Assembly: GCA_964016885.1 (NCBI GenBank)
Contig: OZ024748.1
Location: forward strand, 3,782,001 to 3,846,000
Length of the DNA: 64,000 nucleotides
Origin: Eledone cirrhosa
Lineage: Eukaryota
Direction: 5' to 3'
Part shown: piece by piece, positions 12,112 to 24,316 of the stretch
Layout of the letters: every line of letters starts with the position of its first letter
Numbering within the stretch: the first letter of the stretch is position 1
Made by a program: the position numbers and the translations under genes
The notes under the pieces: generated by a model
Databases searched by the model: none
What the model saw: the letters and a program-made list of their open reading frames with translations, nothing else
What the model was told of the DNA's origin: nothing

Positions 12112-15100
12112 CTAGCAGTTTAGCCCGGTGTTGCTCGGGTTTGTTCATTTGCTATGAAAAGTTACATACAGGTAAATGTGGTTTGAAAGCGAATAAGCTT
12201 ATCAATTAAGTGCATAAAGCAGTTGAACTGGTTATTAAAAGTTACGAACCAATTAGCATGTTGGACAATCAATGATGGGTTAATAATCTTCCAATAGCGA
12301 ATTTAGCAGACCAAAGTTGCAAGATGGTGGCTGGGTGTCAGATCTGTCTGCCATGGGTGACCCTACCAGGAAATAATTTTCCAGACGGCATAGCTCCAGC
12401 ACCTCCAACACCTGCACCAACATCTATAGCACCTCTTTGTAGACGATATTGCGTGTCATCCCTTGAGGAGTGTAAGCAAAAATTCCAATCCTGCTCCCTA
12501 CGCGGGAACAGGCAACATAAAGTTGGCCATGGGAGAAGCATGGCTCCCCCAAATGGATGCCTGCTACCGACAATGTTTGCCCTTGTGACTTGTTAATGGA
12601 CATGGCAAAACATGGTCTCACCGGGAATTGGGATCGCCGGAAATCGAACAGGATATCTGAGCCGAGGGGAAAAGGTTCATCCTTGGAATGAAAACATTCT
12701 CCCCTCTCCCACACCCCATTACAATGGTCGCCTCAATCAAGTGGGGCGTCAGTGACTTGATGATGACCATGCGAGTACCGTTGCACTGCTTTGGTGGATG
12801 CAAGTTCCTTATTAGCATAATGGGACAGCGAACCGTAAGCTTAAGAATGTGAGGTGGGAGCCTTGGGGGCTCAAGGGAATTTAATAACTCAACCGGATAA
12901 TTAACGATATCATCGGGGTCTGACGTCCGGTCGATAGATTTGAAAATGAGCTCTTTACCGGGAATCTTCTCAATCAAATTAACCATGGCATTTTTCGGAG
13001 CAAAGATGGCTCTTTCGCTGAGCCAATTGAGGTTTTTAAAGTTAGATGAGACATTAGGAAAAACTGCTTCCCAAAGGTCACAAGTGCTGCTCACAATGTT
13101 GCACAGGGAGTCGATTGCTATGCCGCCCTTGTCATCCGCAGGGACCTTGCCCTCACCAAGTGCTAAAATGTTCTGAGCAAATGCTGCAGACATGTTGTCG
13201 CCATGCAAATGAGCACGCATATTTGTGCTCAGGTACAAACTCTTCACCTGGGGCCACAACATGGACGACTTAAGGCAGGCACGCACTTCATCAACTCTTG
13301 TCCCTTTGGGGATGACAGGCAGCGTTTGCCAAAAATCCCCTGATAGCAGAAGGGTTACGCCACCCATAGGAGCCGTAGAATCCCTAAAGTTTTTTAGGGT
13401 CATGTCCAATGCTTCAAGGGTACCCTTGTGCACTCATCCCAAACAATGAGGCAACATTTTTTGAGAACCAGAGCTTCGTGTGAGCTCTTGCTGATATTGC
13501 ATGTTGGTGTCTCAGTTTTTATTAAATCCAAGGGGAGTTTAAAGGTTGAATGTGCTGTCCTGCCCCCCGGCAGCAAAGTAGGAGTGATCCCGGACGATGC
13601 AACGGCCAACGCAATTTTTTTCTCCTGATGAATCTTAGCGAGAATCAATTTCGTTACAGAAGTTTTTCCGGTACCCCCAGGAGCATCGAGAAAGTAAATA
13701 CCGCCAGTCTGAATTTGAACCGCGTCAATGATAAATAGGCCAACCTTTGGTCCGACAGAAATTTGGGCTCATTTTCCTCTAAGTATTGGAAAAGTGATTC
13801 AATGTCATATGCTGTTTCCCGCAACAAATCCGGGGCCGTGTTAGCTTCCGCTCTGACAGTTGACGGCAAGCCATACGTCGCCAACTCACTCCCACCCATG
13901 TCGAGGAGGGCGTCCTCGATATCAATGAGTGCCCTGTTGTAGATAATGTCGCTGTAACCAACTTCCACTGAAGGATACTGCAGATGAGCCAGGCGCAGGA
14001 AGTCCTCAGACAGGAAGTCTCTGTACTTGACCCATAAAGATTTGGGATAACTCAATTCACACTTTTGAAGCAAAATGGCAAAGAGTTCCCGTAGACCTTT
14101 AGGTGATTTCAACAAAGCACCCTCTGCTAAAGTGGAATCCCATTGCGAATCATCTTCCAAAAGACGACGCTTAAAGCAGGCTTCCCGGTACGTATCACAT
14201 ATTTCTCAAACAGTTTTGAGGTCCTGAAAACTTTGTGGGCCTACAACTTCATGCAGAAGAAGGCGGAGATGAAAGCACTCATGCTGACTTAGCGCCACAG
14301 TGTAAACCCTTCCAAGACAGCTGTCAAATTCTACACCAGGATGTCTTTCAACAGCCTGACCTGACTTTCTTCGCACCCAAGTGTTTTTCGACCATATAAA
14401 GTAGAATGGAACCTGGGGGTACACAATTGTTTGCGCAAATGTATCGAACTGGCAAAGTTTGAAGAAACCCGTCAGAGTGGTCTCTCTCGGATCGGCGGCG
14501 GTTTGGTCCGTAAAGTAAACCCTTTGCCCATTTTCCAAATGTACCGCAAGCTGTACAATGACGGGGTGCCGTTGGTGTAGAGGTAAACCAAATAGGCACC
14601 AAAAAGCTTCATTGCTACTGATGTACCGCCCCGCCAGGTATTGTGACCTCGTCCCTGCTATTTTCAGTTTGAAATGCGAACATTGCGGCATCAGAGCCCT
14701 TGTTTACATATTTGCATATATATTTTATCGACTTGACGGAGTTGCAAAACTCAACGTTGATGTGGACGTTGAACATCTTCAAGAGATGCGGGCAGTAAGG
14801 GACCACCCATCTATTGTCGACTTGACCTCCTTTTACTGTTGTGATGAAGCCACCGTTCTCGGGCCATCTCCGCCTGTACAGGGGGTACCCATCGCTACCA
14901 GTCTGAGTCTCGTCAACAAATTTTTGGGGGTATCCCTTACTGCACGACCCCTTTTTTCAGACACGTGTGATGCTCATTAGGACCCGACGCACACGGACCA
15001 TGTTAGTTTTGACGATGTCATGTAATTCCTGGTCAGTTGCTGGGTTAGGGATTTCAGCTGAAATGAAGCTGTCTATAGCATTTGAATTGATTTTATCAGC

Positions 15101-15803
15101 TAACCAAATCAAAATGTGAGAATGTGGCAGCCCTCGTTTTTGCCATTTGACGGTGAACATGTCACATTTTACAGCCCCAAATACCTGACCCTTTTTGATT
15201 AAAGCCATGAGTTTAGCCAGTTTCAGTTGGAACACTCTGGCAATGAGGTCATGTCTGTTCGAATAATTTTGCCCAGGAAAAGGTTCACGGGTTACATTCC
15301 GATTCATATGTCTATAGCATTAATCTGTTATATAAAGTGTTATTTTGCGGGTTGTTATTTGCAATAAGCTGATTTAAAATGCCCCAGAAAACCCGTATGT
15401 CAATACGGAACACCAATGACTCCCGCAGCAGTTAAATTATAGAGAGAGAGAAGAGCGACGGAGAGAGTAAAGCTAAGAAACTATAGGGAGGTGTGTAAAA
15501 CTTGTCATATAGAGAGTGAAGAGCGACAGAGAGAGTAACGCAGTTAAATTATAGAGGGGGAATGATCTATTATAGAGAGAGGGAAGAGCGACGAAGAGAA
15601 TAAAGCTAAGAAACTATAGGGAGGTTTGTTAAACCTCAAAGCGTGATCGATTTTTGCCCTTATTGTTGATTAATTTTTGCTTCATGACCTTCTCCTGACT
15701 AAAAGCAATAATTGTCCCGAATTTGAATAGAATCTGTTGGAAATTGTGGACGTGCATACGTTACAAACCTTAACACACACATCCTCAGCTTTATATATAT
15801 AGA
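12112..15803 (-). mobile_element. Helitron with both termini intact and a frameshifted, internally deleted Rep/PIF1-helicase ORF
   Basis: 5' TC-TATATATAAAG at 15803; 3' hairpin (12122-12141) then CTAG (12115-12112); inserted between A and T with no TSD. Rep motifs WQKRGLPHSHILIW and KYICKYVNKG. Helicase motifs GGTGKT, VASSG..LLPGGRTAHSTFKLP, WDEC, GDFWQTLPV, FAMSINKSQGQT, HGQLYVACSRV, spread over several frames. Confidence 0.95.
12424..15290 (-). pseudogene. Degenerate Helitron RepHel coding region
   Basis: ORF pieces 14957-15307, 14615-14806, 14206-14691, 13654-14160, 13400-13648, 12618-13433 and 12424-12714 together spell Rep and PIF1 helicase domains with multiple frameshifts. Confidence 0.9.
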
Positions 15804-16921
15804 TATACCAAATACATATTTTATAGAAGAATATGTACACAGATGGAATCGTAAGTGAAACCTTATAGCACTATTTCATACCTGGAAATTGTGGCTAAAA
15901 ATCAATCTATGTAATCGATCATCGGAAAAATCAACCAATATAATCGATCATTGAAGACAAACTATCGATTATGATTAAACCACATAAGACTCAGGTACTC
16001 ATCAGAGGTTTAGTCTCAATATTCTAGGGGAAATATAGAATGAAAATGGTAAATAAATCAATATTGTAATACAGAAGACCCACCTTCCCATGAGCACTGG
16101 ATGAAACATATATATATATATATATAGTATATACCGTCTTCACCTCACCCCACTCTTCCACACACCTCCCCTGAGCACAGGCTCAAGCATACATCTAGTG
16201 TGCACCACTGCTATCTCACCCTCTTCCACTTACATCTCCACTTAGGTTCAGCATTTTGAGATCAGCTCTAACCACCTCTGCCCAGGTCTTTCTCAGTCTT
16301 CCTCTACTGCAGCTACCTTCCATCGGCATCACTTCAACTAACATTCAACATCCATACACACCACATGGCCCCATGCCAGCACAGTCTGCTCTTTTCCTCA
16401 CTGCATTTGATTCCTCTCAGTTCATCCATGCCCTCTCGTTCAAGAACACTAACGTTACACATTCAACGGAGCATGCTCGCTTCGTTATTTTCTCCGTATA
16501 TTGCCTGTTTCACTGATATGCAGCATTGCACATGTCATAAAGAGCCAGAAAACATGCTAAACCCCCACCAAGACGAAGTGACATTACTAGCACTATCAAT
16601 GTCATATATATTAGTTCTACCCAAGCATTTCATAATTTACTCCACCCCATGCCAGTTATTCAAAAGCAGATGTATAATGATAACGAGTAAATTCAGAATT
16701 ATTTAATTATAACTGTATAATCAGTGTGTATAAATATGTTTATATCCTTAGGACAGATGGGGTGTGATGGTGGCTCTGTAAGCAACAATGAGCCTGCTAA
16801 TCTAGGACAGCATTAGTTTCAGAATATATGAATTTGTTCAAGGTAGTCATAGACTGTATGTTGTGAGGAATGTGGATTGTCTGGGACAGCAGTAATTCTG
16901 AATAAATGAATCTGTACAGGG

Positions 16922-17108
16922 CAGTGCCGGATTTAGGACAAATGAGGCCCTGTGTTAGTTAAGTTATGAGGCCCCTTACTTAGGCCTGGTAAAATAATTT
17001 TTGGAGCAGGAAGATGCCCCCAGCCAACAGGGCCCTGTGCTTAAACACACCTAAGTGGACATTAGAAAGAATCTTGAAGCGCCCAGTTACCCGCCACAAC
17101 TGGAGCCT
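16922..17108 (+). mobile_element. hAT-like MITE fragment; inverted second copy at ~55430-55627
   Basis: CAGTGCCGGATTTAGGACAAATGAGGCCCTGTG... matches the reverse complement of 55560-55627. Confidence 0.55.
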
Positions 17109-18317
17109 GTCGGCCACGGTTGGATTTAGACACAAAAAATTAGAATACACAGCAAACACCCCAATTTTAGCTAGGCGCAAGTAATTGGAATTGAAAAGTT
17201 ATACATATAGCTGTTAAATTTAAAAATTCTAACCATCCTAAAATTAAAAAGCTCAGCTGAGGGCACAAATAAAATGCTATGACCGTCGGTGGTGGAGTAC
17301 AAACCGCAGGGGACCCGGAGTAATTACCAGTTTTGAGGAGCCGAAGATAACCAAATACCAGGCTTTCACTGACTGCTTCCTTTTGTGTTGGAACTCCGGT
17401 TCCTTTATTCCGGGAATAGCACCCTCCCCCCCACCACCCGCAAAATATGGAGGAGTGCATCCCACCTGGGGTAGAATGGGCTGATGCTGCGTGTGCTGCT
17501 GGCTGTTCTAGGCAGCAATGCTTTCGCCATCTTGTTCGTGGGTCACAGCAGAGATGTATCGCATCGACAAGGGTGTAAAATATGTCCCTTTCTTCCCATC
17601 TGCTTTTCTCTCTGTTTATTATTTAATTTCGTTTAAAATACTTTCATTGTTGTGAGCTTGATTAATAAATAATTCGTCAAAGATGTATGTAAATCTGCCA
17701 CAGATAACTGCTTTGTTTTAAATACACAAAATACACGGAAATAGTTTTACCTTAAACTTAAAACTGAAAGAAATTGAAATAACTGTTTCTTCGTGACAAA
17801 TAAAAAAAATAAAAAATAAGTGAAAAATCAACGACAGTAACGAATGTTTATATGTAAGTTAGTAAGAATAAAAAAAAAAATAATAATAATTTGAAATTCC
17901 CAAGAACGAAGCCCCTAAAATACAGACAGTCACTTCCAAGCTAAAGGCACTTTTGTGTGGATCTTTAATTTTTTTTTTTTTTTAATGATAAGAAAGATTG
18001 TTTTATTTCAAAACACTCAAATTCCTAGGATAAAATTATATAAAAATAATAAAGAATTTAATATGTAGTCAAACATCGAAAAAGATAAACACAATATTAG
18101 TTGTCAAAAATATGATAGAATCATTATAGACTATTATAGTGAGTGTTTGGTTCTTCTAGTGTTCGGATCTGGTGTACATGTGTGTGTGTGACTGATTTAA
18201 ATGTCACATTAGAATTCAAATTTAAATATAAATCTTAATGAATCTATTAAATAAATAATGTCTAATGACAGAACGTGTTAGAGGTATAAGTTATATATAT
18301 ATAATTAGATAACTTAC

Positions 18318-18520
18318 TTTCTTCCAAAACGATCGGCAGCTTGAATAAAGAAATATCGCACTGGCAACGTAACGTTTGCTTTTAAACCAAGTCCCCAAAC
18401 TAAAGTCTTATTTCTGGCTACATTTCTTGTATTAGAAACGGCACCAACACATTGTAATGCTATGTAAATAGCAAAGAAAATAGAGAGAATAATATTTAAA
18501 TAATGTAGTTTATCATTCAT
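18318..18520 (-). CDS. POGLUT2: First coding exon of a protein O-glucosyltransferase 2/3 (KDELC/POGLUT2-like); remaining exons not found in window
   Basis: Signal-peptide-like N-terminus, then KTLVWGLGLKANVTLPVRYFFIQAADRFG, resembling the KDELC1 filamin-domain start ([22 protein letters not shown]). Ends at a GTAAGT donor (intron starts 18317), phase 2. POGLUT2 vs POGLUT3 cannot be resolved. Confidence 0.85.
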
Positions 18521-19552
18521 AACTTTAACTTGGTTTCTTTTGTCTTGTGTTATTTTCTTCTTCTTCGGGATAATCTACAAGTTACAAGTACGTGTTGACA
18601 GTGATAAGATCATTGCAGACAATGAACGGGACTTTATTGTAGTCGCATAGCTGCTTGTAAGTCCAAGCAAGTGGTTTATAGTGGGAGTGGAGAAAAGAAT
18701 TAATAATGACATCACAATTCAAGGCGTCAGATAGTTGTTGTTTTTTCTTCTCCCCTCTCTTCCCCCAACGACCAATAAACTTTGTAAATATTTAGCTCCA
18801 CCTTTAAAATTAGATTTATATCGAATCAGCGAAATAGTACATACACGGCCGCTTAGCCTGTTTGCCAGAAATAGCTTCAAAACATCCCGCAAATAATACT
18901 ATAAATAAATAAAAAATATTTTTTTTATAAATAGTCAGATACATAAATTACTGTGAGTCTAAATACATTGTCTAAACATAATATATATATATATATATAT
19001 ATACTGGATGTTATTTAAAGGGTTGAGAATCGTTAAACATAGATATGTTCGAACAGTGTTGACCCGGGGTTAAACGAAAACAGTTATATTAATAATTACC
19101 GGATACCAAACGCTTTCTAAGTTCATTCATAATATGCAGTCAGCATATTTGATATCAAAGTATGCCAAAGCTAATCGCGTGTGTATGTGTATATAGCGTG
19201 AAGCTAATAACACTATGTACTATTGACTCCTGCGCGTGATTGCCCTTTTGAACTATATATAAATATATTTGCAAACGATTTGTAATGTATTTATGAAATA
19301 AATTATAATTTCTAATTCGGTTGTTTACGAAGAAGACAGTATGATCGAACCTATATATTATGTCTGATAGCATACAGTTCTGTAAGAGTCAGTATATCAA
19401 TATGATCAACCCTCCGAAGCGATCGTAAAACAATGAAATGAACATGTAAAATAACTTGCCTTCCTTATTATTATCATTGTTAAACTAATATCCAATATAT
19501 ATAATTGTTTCTACTTTTGGCACAAGGCCAGCAAATACCTAGTACATTACTG

Positions 19553-19587
<35 letters not shown>

Positions 19588-19694
19588 TAAAATAACAGAT
19601 TAAATAAATATTTGCTCTGCGGTTCTTATTTATTTGATATATATTTATCCTTATCGAGCCCTCTTTGGATTTTAGTCTTCAAATTTATTATTAT

Positions 19695-19741
<47 letters not shown>

Positions 19742-19784
19742 GAAATACTGTTGGCTTCACGCTCACAATAATTTCTATACTTTC

Positions 19785-19831
<47 letters not shown>

Positions 19832-20045
19832 TATTTAAGCTTTATTTTATTCTGAGTTAAGGCTCTATTGATTTTTCCCTGGATTTCACAAAATTCTATG
19901 GATTAATCTGTCTTGATTTTTTAAAAATTGAGTTTGAATTATTTTCCCACATCTTACGTTAACTATTTTTCCATTTTGACGTTATAGTCACTTATATATT
20001 ATGAAATACTGTTGGCTTCACGCTAACAACAATTTCTATACTTTA

Positions 20046-20148
<103 letters not shown>

Positions 20149-20213
20149 CCAACCAGAATGGTTGCATTTTTTAAGGATATGTCAATATTTATTTATAAAA
20201 CTAACCTATATTA

Positions 20214-20279
20214 TATTTTATCTGATGAAAGCGCACTATAGTTTGCTCTGGTGGCCCTTGAAATATGTATAATGAAATA
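20214..20279 (+). ncRNA. Minimal type-I hammerhead ribozyme motif (Penelope-type)
   Basis: Stem I TATTTTAT/ATGAAATA; CTGATGA 20222-20228; stem II AAG.GC.ACT/GGT.GC.CTT; GAAA 20260-20263; TATGTA stem-loop III; cleavage triplet ATA ending 20271. Confidence 0.7.
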
Positions 20280-20402
20280 AATATGGTTTTATATATATAG
20301 TTTCCATTTTTTAATATATTGTATATTTACTCCAATAATTTGTATATCAGTTATAAAAATATTTTGCTTGTTGTATCCCAACAACAATTTAAATAGAACT
20401 TT

Positions 20403-20655
<253 letters not shown>

Positions 20656-20864
20656 ATACTTAGGGAGGGTCATATATATATACAAAAAGTGAATTGGCAG
20701 TATCGGTAGAGGGTCGGACGCCATGCTTTCCAGCATAGTTACGTCCCTTTACGATCTGAGTTCAAATCCCGCCGAGGTTGACTTTGCCTTTCATCCTTAC
20801 GGGGATAAAATAAAGTACCAGTAATGCACTGGTTTATTGCTGGCCTTGTGCCTAACGTAGAAAC

Positions 20865-20906
<42 letters not shown>

Positions 20907-21047
20907 TATATATATATATATTTATATATATATATATATATATATATAATACATATATATATAATACATATATATATATATATATATAATATATAAGATC
21001 AAAAGATGGTTAAAGGAGTTCCATGTATTTTATTATGCGCATTTCAT

Positions 21048-21110
21048 CTGATGAAAACACAAATATTATTGCATGATGATGTTTGTTTTTGAAATGCGCA
21101 TAATAAAATA
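21048..21110 (+). ncRNA. Minimal type-I hammerhead ribozyme motif with palindromic TGCGCA loop III
   Basis: CTGATGA 21048-21054; long stem II (ACAAATAT/ATGTTTGT); GAAA 21091-21094; TGCGCA then TA; the 5' strand of stem I is replaced by an inverted duplication. Confidence 0.65.
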
Positions 21111-21550
21111 CATGGAACTCCTTTAACCATCTTTTGATCTTATATATTATGTATACTCCAGTCCTACAAATTGTAGAGTGCTTCTTATCCGATATTTGCA
21201 TTGCTTTATTGTACTACAATAAAACTCACCTCCTACATATATATATATATATATACATATGCATATATATATATGTGCGTGTGCGCGTGTGAAGACGCGT
21301 GGCTTAGTTGTTTCAGTATTTGGCTCACGAGCATCAGATCATGAATTCGATTGCCAGCGGCGCGTTGTGTTCCCTGAACTAGACACTTATTTTTCGAGAC
21401 ACTTTAATTCCATGTGCCAACCTTATATTTTGCGTGATTCCACGAGAGTGTCTTGGTCAGCATATGAACTATTCAGCTGATCCTCGTATATGTACATATA
21501 TAGAGAGTGTCCCCCCCCCCCCCCCCAAGGGACCCTCCCCAAGTATAACA

Positions 21551-22160
21551 AAAAAATATATATATTTAGCAAAATTCTTCATAATTCATAAGATTCAAAT
21601 TTTGGTAATTTTACGATCACAGACAACTTCTGGTAATTTCTGTGTGTGAAAATTACCAAAAGAAGAACAACAAAAAATACCAATACTATCGTAATTTACG
21701 CATTCGGAAATATATCTGTAAAATATGTATTATAAAGGAAATTAGGAGGAATGCAGACGGAAGTATTAAACTAGTTATGCACACACACACACACATATAT
21801 ACATACACATATATGTACATACACATATATATACATACACACATATATACATACACATCTATATACATACACACATGTATATATACATACATATACATAC
21901 ATACATACATATATATACACACACTCATATATATACATACACATATATATACATACACACATATATACATACACACATATATACATGCACACACATACAT
22001 GTAAACTCGTGGAACCTAAGTTGAAACGGTTGCGATCGCCGATTTTATTATTCTTTTAAATTTTCTCTCACGGAAATTACCGGAAGTTGTCTGTAATCGT
22101 GAAATTACTAAAATTTGAAACTTATGAATTATGAACAATTTTGCTAAATATATATTTTTT
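21551..22160. mobile_element. TIR element with ~100-bp inverted ends enclosing a TA/CA microsatellite
   Basis: Left arm TTTAGCAAAATTCTTCATAATTCATAAG...; right arm ...CTTATGAATTATGAACAATTTTGCTAAA. Confidence 0.6.
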
Positions 22161-22233
22161 AAATTTTAAATAAAATCGTTAAAAAAAATCCTTTACCTCT
22201 AAATTACTACTAATGCACACACACACACACACG

Positions 22234-22271
<38 letters not shown>

Positions 22272-22272
22272 G

Positions 22273-22464
22273 TAATAATTGTTTCTACTTTTGGCACGAG
22301 GCCATCAATTACCAGTACATTACTGGTACTTTATTTTATCGACCCCCGTAAGGATGAAAGGCAAAGTTAACCTCGGCGGGATTTGAACTCAGACCATAAA
22401 GGGGCGTAACTCTATGCTGCAAAGCATGGCGTCCGACGCTCTACCGATACTGCTAATCCACCGC
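22273..22464 (-). mobile_element. tRNA-derived SINE family 1 (MetaSINE-like central domain), representative copy
   Basis: Pol III A box (TGGCAGTATCGGTAGAGCG, consensus across copies), B box (GAGTTCAAATCCC), central GCCTTTCATCCTTACGGGGTCGATAAAATAAAGTACCAG. More than 15 copies, e.g. ~2722-2905, 3243-3431, 5006-5187, 7370-7543, 37290-37450 (-) and 4757-4945, 20688-20870, 44280-44435, 44690-45100, 47725-47880, 58282-58487, 59033-59210 (+). Confidence 0.85.
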
Positions 22465-22660
22465 TACTTTCTACATTAACGTATATATTTTCTCTCTTTG
22501 CCTTTTCTATTTTCTTAATTGTCCATAACAAAGATACGGTTGCTTAGAAATTAAGTAATTAAATAACAAACAGTCTATATGTCAAAAGAAAGATAAAAGA
22601 AAACATGCAGATACAACAATGAGAGTGTGAGTGTGTTGTATATATATATATATATATACA

Positions 22661-22698
<38 letters not shown>

Positions 22699-23132
22699 TA
22701 AAATCTTTGGACTTTAGTCTTCAATTTTATTATTATTACTATATATATATATATGTATATATATATACGTAGGTCTCGGGTTGAGTCGGGGATAACCACA
22801 GTAAGTAAGGTACTCAATACATGTATATATATATATATATATATAAGTATGTATACGTATTTAAGTAACAGCCGTACTAAGAGTGGGAAATGAAATTTCG
22901 TTTAATTTTTTCCGTTTATATATATATATATATATATATACACATACACACACATAAAGGTAATGAAGACATAACAAATCATCCTTTTATTATTATACAT
23001 ATATTGTGTCGTCAAGTATAACTTTTCTAGAAATTTGCTTTTTTTCTACAATTTCATACTTGGCAACCCAATATATCTATATATATAACATGTGTGTCTG
23101 TATACACACACACATATATAGGTATATATATT

Positions 23133-23230
23133 TTGGGTGTCCCTCAAAAGTGTATACACTTCAACACCATTTTAATAAATATTGTCTGAACAGGTCATCA
23201 AAGTATGTATACATTTTGGGGGACACCCTG
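23133..23230. mobile_element. Small Tc1/mariner-type MITE
   Basis: GGGTGTCCCTCAAAAGTGTATACA ... TGTATACATTTTGGGGGACACCCTG in a TA-rich context. Confidence 0.6.
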
Positions 23231-23499
23231 CATATAAATTAAGTTAGACATGGCCAATACTGGCCGAAACCTAAACACACACACACATATATATATATAT
23301 ACATATACATAATTATATATATATATATATATATTAAAATAACAGATTAAAGTTTAAGCAAAGAATCGCTGCTTATTTATATATTTATCCTTATCGAGCC
23401 CTCTTTCGATTTTCGTCTTCAAATTTATTATTATTACTATATACATATGCGAACAGATGTTGCAATTAAAATGTTTTGTTGTTGTTATTTGAGGTAAAA

Positions 23500-23830
23500 A
23501 TCTTTACACAACACAAGTAGAAGTGACGAGCCTTTTTTAGCGGAGGGAGTATAACGGCACTGCTGGAAGAGCTGACATGCGCAATGTTTGTCCACTCTCG
23601 TGGGTTATCGTTTCCAGACGCCATTATCGCCCATTCACTATTCCTCGAGACGCAGACGTGATTTGGCTGAAACATTTGACTCTCGTAGCGCCAAACTGTG
23701 CAGACGTCCTATTTTAGTGTAAGTTTTGTTTTGAATTGTTACTTGAAGGATTTTCATCACCCAGCCACCTTTCTTAGTATCACTTCTAAGCCCCATTTCT
23801 CTACGGAGTGCCGCACGAGGATTCAAAAAT
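23500..23830 (+). promoter_or_regulatory. CpG-rich island, probable BANP promoter and non-coding first exon (donor GTAAGT at 23719)
   Basis: Locally CpG-rich in an AT-rich background. GAAGTGACG (ETS/CRE-like) at ~23520 and CGCCATT (YY1-like) at ~23619, followed by a strong donor. Confidence 0.5.
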
Positions 23831-24265
23831 ATTTCATATATATCGAACACATACGAAAAAAAATGTATATATATATATATACTATCCATCAACTAGCTCT
23901 CCTTTTTACGATTTCGAAATGGCAAAGATCAGTTTTACTTCTCTGCTTCTTATATATTGTTAACAATGCTGCACAAATTAAGAATAAGAGTGAATTATAA
24001 TGTTAAAAGATGTCACTTGTGAAATTCCAGGAAGCTTTACTATGAAGCTATCAACTAAGAGTGCCATCTATCTACGTAGTGTTTGTTGGTCCTTCATTTT
24101 GTGATCACTTTTCTTATTTCCTTTCTCGCCAAACACGCATGTTCTTGTGTTATTTTATAATATATAAATATATAAATATATATATTTGTCATCGTCTGCT
24201 ACACACATATTTGTCCTTCATCACATGAATCTCCTAAAGTTGTTTCTATAGATTTATGAAATATA

Positions 24266-24316
<51 letters not shown>

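Noticed and set aside
15960-16030. CTGATGA on the - strand as a possible hammerhead
   Set aside because: No stem II or GAAA downstream.
17500-17600. HDV-like ribozyme (ATGGCGAA after a hairpin)
   Set aside because: The P1/P2/P3 nested pseudoknot could not be assembled.
23466-23675. - strand ORF ending ...MASGNDNPREW...PPLKKARH as a microprotein
   Set aside because: No recognisable homology; better explained as the antisense of a CpG-rich promoter/first exon, though not excluded.
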